Source: a virus (lineage: Duplodnaviria > Caudoviricetes). Taken from it: a DNA stretch of 64,000 nt. The DNA is taken from IMG/VR virus record IMGVR_UViG_3300033463_000015. One strand, written 5' to 3'. A model generated the notes under the pieces. That model made no database searches. It was given only the letters and a program-made list of their open reading frames with translations, and was not told the origin of the DNA. Position numbers and translations under genes: made by a program. Positions 52,172 through 62,500 of this stretch are shown here, in pieces. The number at the start of each line of letters is the position of its first letter. Position 1 is the first letter of the stretch.

Positions 52172-52334
52172 GCTGAAAAAGGCGCTATGCACTTTGGAAG
52201 ATCAATTAACCATTATTAAGTGGAACATATATCCGATGAGCAAGGATTTCGACTGGATAGAATCGGCAATCAGAATTATTGAAACTATAGTGACGAGAAT
52301 GTCTGCGGACAAGGAGGCAACTGAGGATGAATGA
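52158..52334 (+). CDS. Hypothetical protein (58 aa)
   Basis: GAGGTGA RBS. Confidence 0.6.
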   Translation: MDKDELKKALCTLEDQLTIIKWNIYPMSKDFDWIESAIRIIETIVTRMSADKEATEDE

Positions 52335-52440
52335 AAGATTTTGGTTCTTTGTCTTCGGACTCTGGAGTGGGCTAGTAATCGGTGCACTTATCGTAGCATT
52401 AAAAGGGTGACCGAGAAGTGAAGAATTGGAGGATTAAGTA

Positions 52441-52785
52441 ATGTCAGACATGATTAATGCCAAGAAGATTGTTATTGTACAAGACTGTGTTGTTGGCAAG
52501 AAATGCGATATTTGCGGAAAAGAAATTCCGCCTACGGTTATTCCACACAAATATGGAGATCCGGTTTATGACTATTATGAAATCACAACGCACCACAATG
52601 ACTGGGGAAACGACAGCATTGACAGTTACGAGCACTTTGATGCCTGTTCGCCGGAATGTGCCTATAAACTATGGGACGAATATATTCATAATTCTAGGGG
52701 AGTAAGGAACACAAGGTGTATTGAGGTTGAGCATGTAAACTGCTGGACGCTGGAAGATACGGAGGCGAGCGAGGATGATGCCTGA
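52441..52785 (+). CDS. Zn-binding hypothetical protein
   Basis: CDICG...CSPEC. Confidence 0.8.
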   Translation: MSDMINAKKIVIVQDCVVGKKCDICGKEIPPTVIPHKYGDPVYDYYEITTHHNDWGNDSIDSYEHFDACSPECAYKLWDEYIHNSRGVRNTRCIEVEHVNCWTLEDTEASEDDA

Positions 52786-52899
52786 CTGGTTCAATAATTA
52801 TGTCGGCCCGATCATGTTAACAATTATGATGTTGGCTTGCGCGGTGGCGGTTGTGGCGTTGGTTGTATGGTTGTTTAAAACTTGGAAGGAGTGAGCAGG

Positions 52900-53184
52900 A
52901 TGCCTGATTGTATGAGTTTCCCTGATAACATTATGGATTTCATTGATGACTACAGCTTTGAAGACAGTGACCATGTGTATACAAATGGGAGCAAATTAAT
53001 TTAGTCATTCAGAGTAAAACAGGCAGTAGAACACTACTTCCGAGAGCAAGAGCCAGTAAAGCCAGAATTGCGTATGAGCAAGCACGGATTTAGACAATGG
53101 ATTGTATGCGGAAATTGCTATGAAAAGATATATAGCGGAGACGATTATTGCCGCCATTGCGGGAAGAAGGTGAAATGGAATTGA
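52900..53184 (+). CDS. Zn-ribbon protein (94 aa, 1 TAG)
   Basis: Continuous under TAG=Gln; CGNC...CRHCGKKVKW. Confidence 0.7.
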
Positions 53185-53393
53185 AATGGGAAGATTTTAA
53201 GAATTATTATTCAAGTATGAATATGCTTTCTAATAATTATGCGCAGACAGATATAGAATGCCCCGAATGCGGCAAGTTCTTATTTGAAAGAAGAGATATA
53301 GTTTTAACAAGTTATCCTCCTCAATATCAATATGAATGTGCATGTGGATTTGTAGGATATTCTCATAAAGATTGGGAAAATAAATTGGATTGA
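53175..53393 (+). CDS. Zn-ribbon protein
   Basis: IECPECG...LTSYPPQYQYECACG. Confidence 0.75.
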   Translation: MELKWEDFKNYYSSMNMLSNNYAQTDIECPECGKFLFERRDIVLTSYPPQYQYECACGFVGYSHKDWENKLD

Positions 53394-53404
53394 GGCGATA
53401 ATAA

Positions 53405-53611
53405 ATGGATAATACAATAGATTTTATTGACTGTATGCGCTCTATGCTATAGGATATACATGAAGAGCAAGAACGAATTGTTAGATGGCTAGGTAAGTTC
53501 TGTTCTCATGTAGATAATGATTTTAGACCATTACCTGATAAAGAAAATACAAAGTTCTTTCAGGATAAGATGAATGAACAATTTGGGTGGGACGTTGATA
53601 TAGATGAATAA
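53405..53611 (+). CDS. Hypothetical protein (68 aa, 1 TAG)
   Basis: Fills the operon gap under TAG=Gln. Confidence 0.6.
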
Positions 53612-53924
53612 TTTAGAAGCAATTTATAATGAAGTTGAACAATTAAAAGATTTTGATTCTTATACTCCTTATCAGCAGCGTTGTAATAAACTTTTGCATA
53701 TGATAGAGGATTTTTAGGACCATACTACAATCGTAGATAATCAATTACTACAAAAATTTTGGAATGCTTTCTATAAAGAAGAGGATGAATGGGAAAAACT
53801 TTTTGTTGGCACTTCAAATCACGAGAAATGGTTCACATCTTATCGACCTTGGTTACAAGCGGGATTTGAAATTGCTATTAAAGTATTATTACAGGAGATT
53901 GATAAACAAAATGGAACTAATTGA
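53604..53924 (+). CDS. Hypothetical protein (106 aa, 1 TAG)
   Basis: Fills the operon gap under TAG=Gln. Confidence 0.6.
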
Positions 53925-54153
53925 TCGTGATGAATTACTAATAGAAGTTATGGGTATAACTGATGGATGGCTTCGGCCGCCGAAGAATTGGAAATGGTAT
54001 GAAGATTCTATTAGAAATGCACCGCAAGCCTCCTGTGCTAACTGTAAATGGTATAGTGGCGAAACCTGCGTCAATTTTTATTCAGATTGGTGTGATGACT
54101 TTAGAACACCAGATAAATTATGTGAATGTTGGGGGTATAAAGATGGAATTTAA
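53911..54153 (+). CDS. Cys-rich hypothetical protein
   Basis: MELIDRDEL...CANCKW...C. Confidence 0.7.
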   Translation: MELIDRDELLIEVMGITDGWLRPPKNWKWYEDSIRNAPQASCANCKWYSGETCVNFYSDWCDDFRTPDKLCECWGYKDGI

Positions 54154-54484
54154 ACATACAGTTGATTTAAAGTGGGAGCATAAGTATCCTGTCATTACCT
54201 TGTGCGGCAGCACCCGCTTCAAACCTTACTTTGAAGAAGCTAATCGCATCCTTACACTCAAGGGGTGTATTGTAATTAGCGTAGGGTGCTTTGGCCACGC
54301 AGGTGATGTGTTTACAGACGAGCAGAAAGAAATGCTCGACGACATTCATAAGAGAAAGATTGATATGGCGGATGCGATTTATGTTATTAACAAAGATGGT
54401 TATATTGGTTCATCGACTAAAAGTGAAATTGAATACGCTAAAGAACACGGTAAGGGTGTATATTATATGGAGGAAATGGAATGA
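54143..54484 (+). CDS. Nucleoside deoxyribosyltransferase-like/DUF4406-like protein
   Basis: VITLCGSTRF...IDMADAIYV...GSSTKSEIEYAKEHGK. Confidence 0.65.
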   Translation: MEFKHTVDLKWEHKYPVITLCGSTRFKPYFEEANRILTLKGCIVISVGCFGHAGDVFTDEQKEMLDDIHKRKIDMADAIYVINKDGYIGSSTKSEIEYAKEHGKGVYYMEEME

Positions 54485-54741
54485 TTAACAGATATGGTTG
54501 GATTTGCCCACAGTGCGGCCGCGTATGGGCACCTACAATTACAAAGTGTGGCCCTTGTGAAGTAGTAGCAACCGGTGCCCATAATGTAAAACATAAATGG
54601 CCCCCGGTGGAAGATGATGATGAAGATGAGTATTGCACTTGCTATCACGAGGGTGAGTGTTGGGGCACTAAAGAACGGGATCAGGTTAATTGCGGCGGCA
54701 AGCCTGATAAATGCGAGAGATATGAAAGTGATTGGAGGTAA
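54481..54741 (+). CDS. Cys-rich hypothetical protein
   Basis: GWICPQCGRVWAP. Confidence 0.75.
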   Translation: MINRYGWICPQCGRVWAPTITKCGPCEVVATGAHNVKHKWPPVEDDDEDEYCTCYHEGECWGTKERDQVNCGGKPDKCERYESDWR

Positions 54742-54746
54742 TTGAT

Positions 54747-54938
54747 ATGGAAGAAGTTACTTATACTATTAGATGTGAAGGTGACATTGTTGCTAAAAAT
54801 GTGCCTGAATACTATGCTTGTATGATTATTCAGTCTATTATGACTAGATTTCATAGATCTGCGGCCGCAGGTGATCTAAAGATTAATATTGAAGCAGAAA
54901 GCCATACGATGTCGCTTGATGATGACCTACCATTTTAA
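54747..54938 (+). CDS. Hypothetical protein
   Basis: GGAGG RBS; ends DDDLPF (SSB-tail-like). Confidence 0.7.
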   Translation: MEEVTYTIRCEGDIVAKNVPEYYACMIIQSIMTRFHRSAAAGDLKINIEAESHTMSLDDDLPF

Positions 54939-54948
54939 GGAGTAATAT

Positions 54949-55284
54949 ATGAAATATAGAAATAAAATATTATCTGTTTCACTAATTGTAGTAGTATGCA
55001 TTGGTATGATGTTTCTGCTATGCGGATGTGAAGAGCATACTACCGGTAATCGTGTAACTTATGGCAAAGATGTACAAACTTTTAATTACGCTTATATTAA
55101 ACTAGATGGACAAGAAATTGTTAGTGGTTATGTTACGCAGTGGCGTGATTACGATGACAGCGATGTTGTCCAGGTGCTAATTGGCGGCAAGTATTATCTT
55201 ACTCATTATGCTAATGTTGTGCTAATTGCTGACCCAGAAATAGGAAGTATTGGTTATGATAGTGGTATTGTAAATCATAATTAA
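54949..55284 (+). CDS. Putative lipoprotein
   Basis: Signal peptide ending in an LLCGC lipobox. Confidence 0.75.
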   Translation: MKYRNKILSVSLIVVVCIGMMFLLCGCEEHTTGNRVTYGKDVQTFNYAYIKLDGQEIVSGYVTQWRDYDDSDVVQVLIGGKYYLTHYANVVLIADPEIGSIGYDSGIVNHN

Positions 55285-55295
55285 GGAGAATAGAA

Positions 55296-55526
55296 ATGAA
55301 GATTATTCGTGAGGGTGTAAAATCTCTATATAGGAATCCTATGGGACATAATGTTCAGTTTATGTGTGGAAAGTGTGGTTGCATCTGGGAAGCAGATGAT
55401 AGTGAATATGATAGAATTACAACGGCACATAATGAACACTATGCTCGACATAATTGTCCTACTTGTGATAACCTTACATATGAGCGAATTTGGAAGGTGA
55501 ATGAAGAACTATGGTCGGGTATTTGA
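55296..55526 (+). CDS. Zn-ribbon protein
   Basis: CGKCGC...CPTC. Confidence 0.75.
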   Translation: MKIIREGVKSLYRNPMGHNVQFMCGKCGCIWEADDSEYDRITTAHNEHYARHNCPTCDNLTYERIWKVNEELWSGI

Positions 55527-55738
55527 TGAAAAAGGGAAACTATTATGTATGCTCCAATTGCAGAATGCGGCAGAAGGTAATCAAACCTTACTGCCCTTTT
55601 TGTGAATATGAACTTTCTAATTTTGAAACTGTAATTTTACAGGGTTATAAAGATTTGACTAATCCTCAAATTTCTGGTATAATATATACAGAAAGTGAGG
55701 AGGATGACGGGTATGGAGAAGAACATCAAGATTATTAA
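55511..55738 (+). CDS. Zn-ribbon protein
   Basis: CSNC...YCPFC. Confidence 0.7.
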   Translation: MVGYLMKKGNYYVCSNCRMRQKVIKPYCPFCEYELSNFETVILQGYKDLTNPQISGIIYTESEEDDGYGEEHQDY

Positions 55739-56027
55739 CTACAAGGGTGAAGCTTTTGACACCGAGATGCCGTATGAGCACGTTGCGGCTATTGCTGTCA
55801 ACATTTGGAGTGGTGACGAGATGCTGACTATCTTTACCAATGACGGTGAAGTGCGTCAGTATGACGCCGCCGACTATCATTACTATCGTAGTGATGGCCA
55901 CTATGATGGCGCCTATGCCATCTACCCGAAGGACTTCGAGGAGTGGGACAAGCGCACTTTGCCCGACCCCTATATGGATGGCGGCTATAAGTATTGGGAG
56001 GATGGTGAAGATAGTGCAGGGAACTAA
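55713..56027 (+). CDS. Hypothetical acidic protein
   Basis: Internal promoter at 55656, GGAGG RBS. Confidence 0.8.
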   Translation: MEKNIKIINYKGEAFDTEMPYEHVAAIAVNIWSGDEMLTIFTNDGEVRQYDAADYHYYRSDGHYDGAYAIYPKDFEEWDKRTLPDPYMDGGYKYWEDGEDSAGN

Positions 56028-56262
56028 AGAACTTCTTCTTAAGGTGCTGAAAGAGCAGATTGAAGACGCTGAATTTTTCAATAGCAATTATTGTAAAATG
56101 ACTCCTGTCTGGGTCTTTAAGGATACACTTGAACTCCTTCAGCCCGCTAAGCCTCCCAAGGCATCTCATCAGTGGGATAAATGCAACTACTGTGGCCGTT
56201 ATGTTTTTTACACTTGGAAGTGGTGTCCGTATTGTGGAAGGGGTATTAATTGGAATGAATGA
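56002..56262 (+). CDS. Zn-ribbon protein
   Basis: CNYCG...CPYCG; start uncertain. Confidence 0.65.
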   Translation: MVKIVQGTKELLLKVLKEQIEDAEFFNSNYCKMTPVWVFKDTLELLQPAKPPKASHQWDKCNYCGRYVFYTWKWCPYCGRGINWNE

Positions 56263-56674
56263 CTCTCACCTGTTTAAGGCCGCACGCAAGGCAAGTAAGA
56301 ACGCCGATTACACCGGAGCTAATGGCGTTCAAATTGGGTGTGTGGCCGTCTATAAAGGAACCATTCTTGCTAAGGGATGCAATAGCGACAGAACTCATCC
56401 CACGCAGGAGCGATATAACCGTTTCAGGTATAAGAATGTGGGCAATAGATACTTGCCCGCTAAATGCCATAGCGAGATAAGAACCATTGAAAAACTGAAG
56501 TATCTTGACATTGATTTTTCTAAAGTCCATATCTATGTGTATCGTGAGTTTAAAAATGGAGAACTTGGCCCTTCTAAACCTTGTCCTTCTTGTGTTGCCT
56601 ATCTTAAAAGTATGGGCATCCAGCATATTCATTACACTGATGTTGATGGATACTATCATTTGAAGCTTGTGTAA
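56255..56674 (+). CDS. Cytidine/dCMP deaminase-family protein
   Basis: IGCVAV...GCN, HSE, PCPSC Zn-binding motifs. Confidence 0.85.
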   Translation: MNDSHLFKAARKASKNADYTGANGVQIGCVAVYKGTILAKGCNSDRTHPTQERYNRFRYKNVGNRYLPAKCHSEIRTIEKLKYLDIDFSKVHIYVYREFKNGELGPSKPCPSCVAYLKSMGIQHIHYTDVDGYYHLKLV

Positions 56675-56685
56675 AGGAGAATATT

Positions 56686-57090
56686 ATGGATTTGTATGCG
56701 ACGCTTTTCCTAAAGAAGGACCTTGTGAAACGTTATATTGAAAAGCATTACGGTTTTATTCCTCGTCTGCGCGGCGTGCGTTTTATGCGTTATGAAGAGC
56801 CTAATGCGTGCGAAAGTATGGGGCGGCAGTCTGTGCTTTGGAGCGAGAACTGCGGCAAAGATGTAATCTATATTCATACACGCTGTGGCGGCGGTTATGA
56901 CGAAACAGATCCGGACAGCAACTACATTGCTTGCGGCGGCAAGGGTTGGGAAGAGGATAATAAGGATACCTTTATCGAATCTGTAGATGACTTTTATGAC
57001 TCTACTTATCGTGACCATTATTTTAGAGCCGTAATTGATGATGATTATAATGAAATTTGTAAACAGCTTGAAGAAGGAGTATTGATTTAA
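56686..57090 (+). CDS. Hypothetical protein
   Basis: AAGGAG RBS; YIHTRCGGG...DDFYDSTY. Confidence 0.8.
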   Translation: MDLYATLFLKKDLVKRYIEKHYGFIPRLRGVRFMRYEEPNACESMGRQSVLWSENCGKDVIYIHTRCGGGYDETDPDSNYIACGGKGWEEDNKDTFIESVDDFYDSTYRDHYFRAVIDDDYNEICKQLEEGVLI

Positions 57091-57092
57091 AA

Positions 57093-57413
57093 ATGCTATA
57101 TCGAGACAGTGATGATGCGGTCTATGCCTATGGCTCTAACGAAGTGAAGCCTATTAATTATGAGGAAGAGCCATATACGTTCTGGAACCTAGTAGATGAG
57201 TATGGCGAAAGTTATGCCAATACTCATCCAGATACAGTAGTAGAAGCAATGGAACAGTATCATTTCTTTTATAACGCTAAGTCTACCGAGCGTGCGGCCA
57301 TCAATAAGTTTTGGTCTCTATCTCGTGAAGAGCGTGTAGATGTTCTTTATGAATACTTTAATGAGAATATTGACTATTGGCAGAAGGAACTTGAGAAGGA
57401 GAAAGATGTATGA
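57093..57413 (+). CDS. Hypothetical protein
   Basis: Operon ORF. Confidence 0.75.
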   Translation: MLYRDSDDAVYAYGSNEVKPINYEEEPYTFWNLVDEYGESYANTHPDTVVEAMEQYHFFYNAKSTERAAINKFWSLSREERVDVLYEYFNENIDYWQKELEKEKDV

Positions 57414-57808
57414 GTTATACTACTAAGTATTACATTAATGAAGAGAAGCGAACTATTGTTTGTGTGCTTGAGAGCAGCCCTTTTGATGCGCTAGACTTTG
57501 TAGAAAAGAGCGGGCTTCGTTTTGTGTTTAAGGATGAAAGGCACCTGCGCGTGATGCCAACTCGTTTTGTAGGAGTTGCTAAGTGTGCGCCTGAAGATAC
57601 TTATGATGAGCATATTGGTAAGCTAATTGCCTTTGATCGCGCCAAGGAAAAGTATGATCTAGCCTTTATTCGTGCGGCTGACGCAATGCTTGATTATAAG
57701 CTTGGAGCACTACACGATTGCGAGCGGCGACTTGATAAGTATATTGAGAAGGCTTCACAGCATCATTATAAGCGTGAAGATGAAATTGAAGATTATATGA
57801 ATAGATAA
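57410..57808 (+). CDS. Conserved phage protein (GVAKCAPEDTYDEHIGK..A)
   Basis: ATGA overlap, RBS. Confidence 0.8.
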   Translation: MSYTTKYYINEEKRTIVCVLESSPFDALDFVEKSGLRFVFKDERHLRVMPTRFVGVAKCAPEDTYDEHIGKLIAFDRAKEKYDLAFIRAADAMLDYKLGALHDCERRLDKYIEKASQHHYKREDEIEDYMNR

Positions 57809-57850
57809 AAAAATAAGAGGGGACCATCAGGTCCCCTCATTTTTTATTTT
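57808..57850. terminator. Bidirectional terminator
   Basis: GAGGGGACC/GGTCCCCTC hairpin flanked by A- and T-tracts between convergent genes. Confidence 0.8.
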
Positions 57851-59335
57851 CTTTTCAAGTTCATTAACTCTATTTGCTAGCTCTGCTAATAAAACTTTAA
57901 TATTATTTAGTTCTTCTTCAATCAATGTATTGTCATTATCATCATCGTCAGGTTCTTCAATAATTACAGGCGTCTCATCTACAGGCTTAATTCTACTTTC
58001 AAGTAAAGTCCAAGTCTGCTTGCCGACTATGCCATCTATTAATAAACCTTCTTTCTATTGGAAAGCACGAACTGCTGCATCAGTTTTCGCGCCAAAAGCG
58101 CCGTCTGCTAAACCGCAATCATAACCAAGCGCTTTTAACATAGTTTGAAGTTGCTGAACCTCTGTTCCTTTGCTACCTTTTTTAAGTGTCTTCATAACTT
58201 TTACCTCCCCGGCATTGTTAATTTCTTTATTATCATATAGTCCTACTGGTATGGCATAATGAGTCCAAGCTTTATCGGCTACAGATCCGTGCTATACATT
58301 TACAGAACAGTGAATAATTTCACCATCACCAATATGTAAGCCAGTATGTGCCATCTTACCAGTTGATTTATTATATTGGAATACACAACATACAACATTA
58401 GGCATATCTTTAATCTCGCCTTTTTGTACCCAGTTGGGATTATGGTTATACTGTGAAGTACATCCGCCGCCTTCAAGAGCAACGGCTCCGGCTTCTTTTA
58501 AGCAGTAATAAGTAAAACCACGGCAATCGAAACACTTTGTGCCATTCCACTTGCACTTTTCACACGCGCCGTCTTTGGTACCATTAAGTACCTGACATTT
58601 ACTTATAATAGTTGGATGGTCACTTCTTGCTCTACGTTTTCTATTAGCAGGAGTGCAAGCCTCTCCCCAGGCGCCGAACACGTATGGCCATCCCATACAG
58701 CCCTTGGCAATCTCTACTGCCTTCTATGCTTTTACACTCATTTCTTTCACCCCTGTGGCTCCATATTCACCCATAAGGGTGGTATTTGGATAATAAAATT
58801 CAAGTATCTATTTATATGTGAAGCCTTGACTTGCGGCATATCTAGCACCCCGCTAGCTCATACCTACACCGTGGCCAGTTTTGCTGCCACCTGCGGCTGC
58901 ATCCCAAGGGTCATCATATGCTAGCAAGTATCCTCTTACACCGCCCCAACGTTCTTGACTTGATACTGTGCGGCCGCCATTACTTGCAGAGAACACAGTG
59001 CTTGCGGCTTTACCGCCATAAAATAATACTTGTCCTGCAGTTGCATTAGTTGCATCAATACAATTCTAATATTTACTACTATAGCGTGGAGCTCTATAGG
59101 CTTGGGCGCTAGATGATGCGTCTGAAATTGGCGTTCCATTTAATACTCCACGAGACATTGCATAGGTGCGGCTAGCTACTGCTTGAGCCTTTAAGGCTTC
59201 TGGACCGCCAGAGGCAAATTCTGATGCTACTACTGCGGCGACATATTGTTCAAATTCAACTTGTACAGTATCACCAACATTACAGCCAAAGTAATTAGCA
59301 TTTTCTGTTCTTGTTATTTTTACTGATATTAACAT
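57827..59335 (-). CDS. Endolysin/cell-wall hydrolase: SpoIID/LytB + NlpC/P60-like + PG-binding (502 aa, TAG=Gln)
   Basis: EALKAQAVASRTY, GHGVGMS(TAG)RGA, FDCRGF...HTGLH, LKKGSKGTEVQQLQ...DGAFG...DGIVGKQTW in one frame. Confidence 0.9.
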
Positions 59336-59515
59336 AATACCTCACCTCTTATAAAGGAGTGATAAAATGACAAAATAAAATTATTATTTTCTGCGACGGG
59401 CAAGAAAAAAGTATAGGTTGTTGTAGGACCTATTACACATACAATGAAATGAGATATTATCTCATAATGGAGTACGCATCGTAAGGATGCGATTTTTATA
59501 AGGAGGTAAAGGTTT

Positions 59516-62500
59516 ATGGCTAAAATTAATCAATATTCTCCTACTAACTGGACTGGCGGCGATGAAATTACTGCGGATAGTTTAAATAATATTGAAGCAG
59601 GCATACGTGATGCAACAGCCGCAATTGTTGAAGCCCAGAATGGAGATTAGTCATTACATTAGAGAATTAGTGCTATTGAAAGTGCTACTGGCGTAGATTA
59701 TGGTGACAGTATTAGTAGCTTAAGAACAGATGTTAATAATTTATCTAATTCTTTAACTACTATATAGGGCCAATATACAACTATTGCTGGTAATATTCCA
59801 GCTAATTTATAGGCCACACTTGCTGCAAAAGCTAATAGTAGCGATGTAAATAGTACTCTGGATACTTTAACTGCGGCAATTAATACTATAAAAACTGCCG
59901 TTGATGGATATAATGATACTGAAAATGAAGTATTAGCCGCGCATTCTAGTTTAGCTTTAAATACCGATTATGCTAGTTTAGATGCACGTTTTGAAGCTAT
60001 TGAAACCACTATGAATTCTGCTGGAGCTACGACTAGTGGGTTAGGAACTAGAGTTACCGCTCTTGAAAATGCAATGCCAAACAAAGCTTCTGCAACTGAT
60101 TTAGCTACATTAGCAAACGCAGTTAATGATACTACAACTGGTTTGGCCGCCACAAAAGCTATTGCAGATGCGGCGGTTACCAGTGAAGAACTCACTAGTG
60201 CGTTAAGTAGTAAAGCAAGTACTACTACTACCGATGCATTAGATACTCGACTTGATGCTATTGATGGTGGAGCCGCATTAACTGGTAATACACTTGTATC
60301 AAGAGTAACTGCATTAGAAAATAATCCATCTTCTGCTACTGTAATCATTAATAAAAATTTAATTATTTATAATAATAATGGAATTCCTATTGATATTGGG
60401 CAAGAAGTTAGTGCTGATAAAGACTATTTATTATAGGGTACTGATGATAAATATTATTATTGGAAGTATATAAATGATAATTGGTAGTTAATTAGCGGTG
60501 CTGGCGGAAATAATGATGATTTAACAGAGGATATTAAAAAATATAATATTATTAAATATACTAATGATGAAGAAGTATCTTATTTATATTTCTTTGAATA
60601 TGATTATGGTTATGATAATTCTTTAGATGATACATTAGCACAGCAATTTACTAATTGGACTTCTGGAACTACTTATTCAGTAAATGATTATGTGCTATAT
60701 AATAATTATATTTATCAATGTATTACTGCAAATTCCGATGCTACATGGGACGTTACACATTGGAACAATCTTCATGTTAAACTATTAAATACTATTGAAT
60801 TACCGCAAGGAGGCGGAGGCACTGTATCAAATACAATTACTATCTCTAATTTAGTTCGTCCAACAAACGTTAGTAATGGTGCCGATGCTATATTTAGTTT
60901 TACTGCGATCACTAATGATGAAAGTGATATTACTAGTATTAAATGGTATGTAGATGGTATTGAAATATCACCTAATGAGGCAGTTGAAATGATACCAGCT
61001 AGTGGATGGGGCATTAGCGGGACAACCTTTAAATTTAATGCTAAAGGTCTTTTAAAAGAATCTGATAGAAGTACCGTACGTGTTGAAATGATAAGTGAAG
61101 GAGCGGCGACTTTTTCTCGCTCTTGGCCAATTCAAAGTAATGAATTTTCTATTAGTTGGAATAATACTATTTAGCCAATTATGTTATATACTAATGGAAA
61201 TGCTGTATCTACTATTGTTAATGTTATTGCTGCAGCAAATAGCAGTAATATTGTAGAAATAACAGTAAATAATCATAGTAAATCTTAGACTGTTATTGGC
61301 ACTAATAATGTAACGTTTAGTTTAAACGCAGAATGGTTTAATAGTGGTAAAAATACTGTTACAGCAAAATTAAGAAATCCAGCAGATGAAAATGAGGAGA
61401 ATGTAAAAACAATTCATTATATCGCATTATGGGGATATAATGCTACTACTCCATTGATTGCATTTGCTGACAGTGAATTTGAAGGGCAACAATATGAAGA
61501 AATTTTAATTAATTATTATGCTTATAACCCTACTAATGAATCCACTACAATCACTCTTACTTTTAATGATAGCAATTCTAATCCTATATCTCGCACTGCT
61601 GTAGTTGGGCGTGAAATGCAAACATATAGATATACTTCTAATAATGTTGGTACGGTTACTGCACAATTAACTACTACTTATGAAGTAAATGAAACTATAC
61701 AGGCAGTAAATGACACAGCAACGATAAGAATTAGTGCGAGTTCTTATAATTTAGGAATTGTTAGTGGAGAAAATTTACAATATAATTTTGATCCAAATGG
61801 TCGTAGTAATAATGATTTGGATAGAACATAGTTTGCTGGTAATATTATTTTTAGCGAAAATTTTGACTGGATTAACGGCGGCTTTAAACAAGATCCAAAT
61901 GGTTCAACCGCTTTTGTGGTTAAAAAAGGAAATACAATTACATTACCACGAACATTATTTTTAGAAGATGATGATAATGGTAAAACTATTGATATTTGTT
62001 TTAAAGTTGCTAATAGTGATATATATGATGCTGAAGCTATACGAGATATTGATAGTAATTCTAGTAAAGGTATCGTATTAAAAGCAAATTATGGAGAACT
62101 TTATTTAAATAATAGTACTCCATAGATTTTTAGATATTGTGAAGAAAATAGAATTGATATGTCAATACATGTAGAGGGAACAGTAAATCAAAGAATAGTT
62201 ACCGTTTGGCTCGACGGCATTCCTAGTTATGTAGGAGAGTATACAAGTGAAATGCTTGAACAAAAAAATACTGCTGCTACTATAATTGGAAGTGAACATT
62301 GCGATGTATGGGTATATGCTATTAGAGTATATAATTCAGCATTATCTGAAAAAGATATGGTACAAAATTATATTGCTAATGGTGTTAACATTAATGATAA
62401 AATTAAACGCTATACTGAAAACAATATTTATGGTAGTAGAATAAAGACTGTTTCTGGCCAAGGCATCGAATATTATTCTCATACTGAAATTACTCCAGAA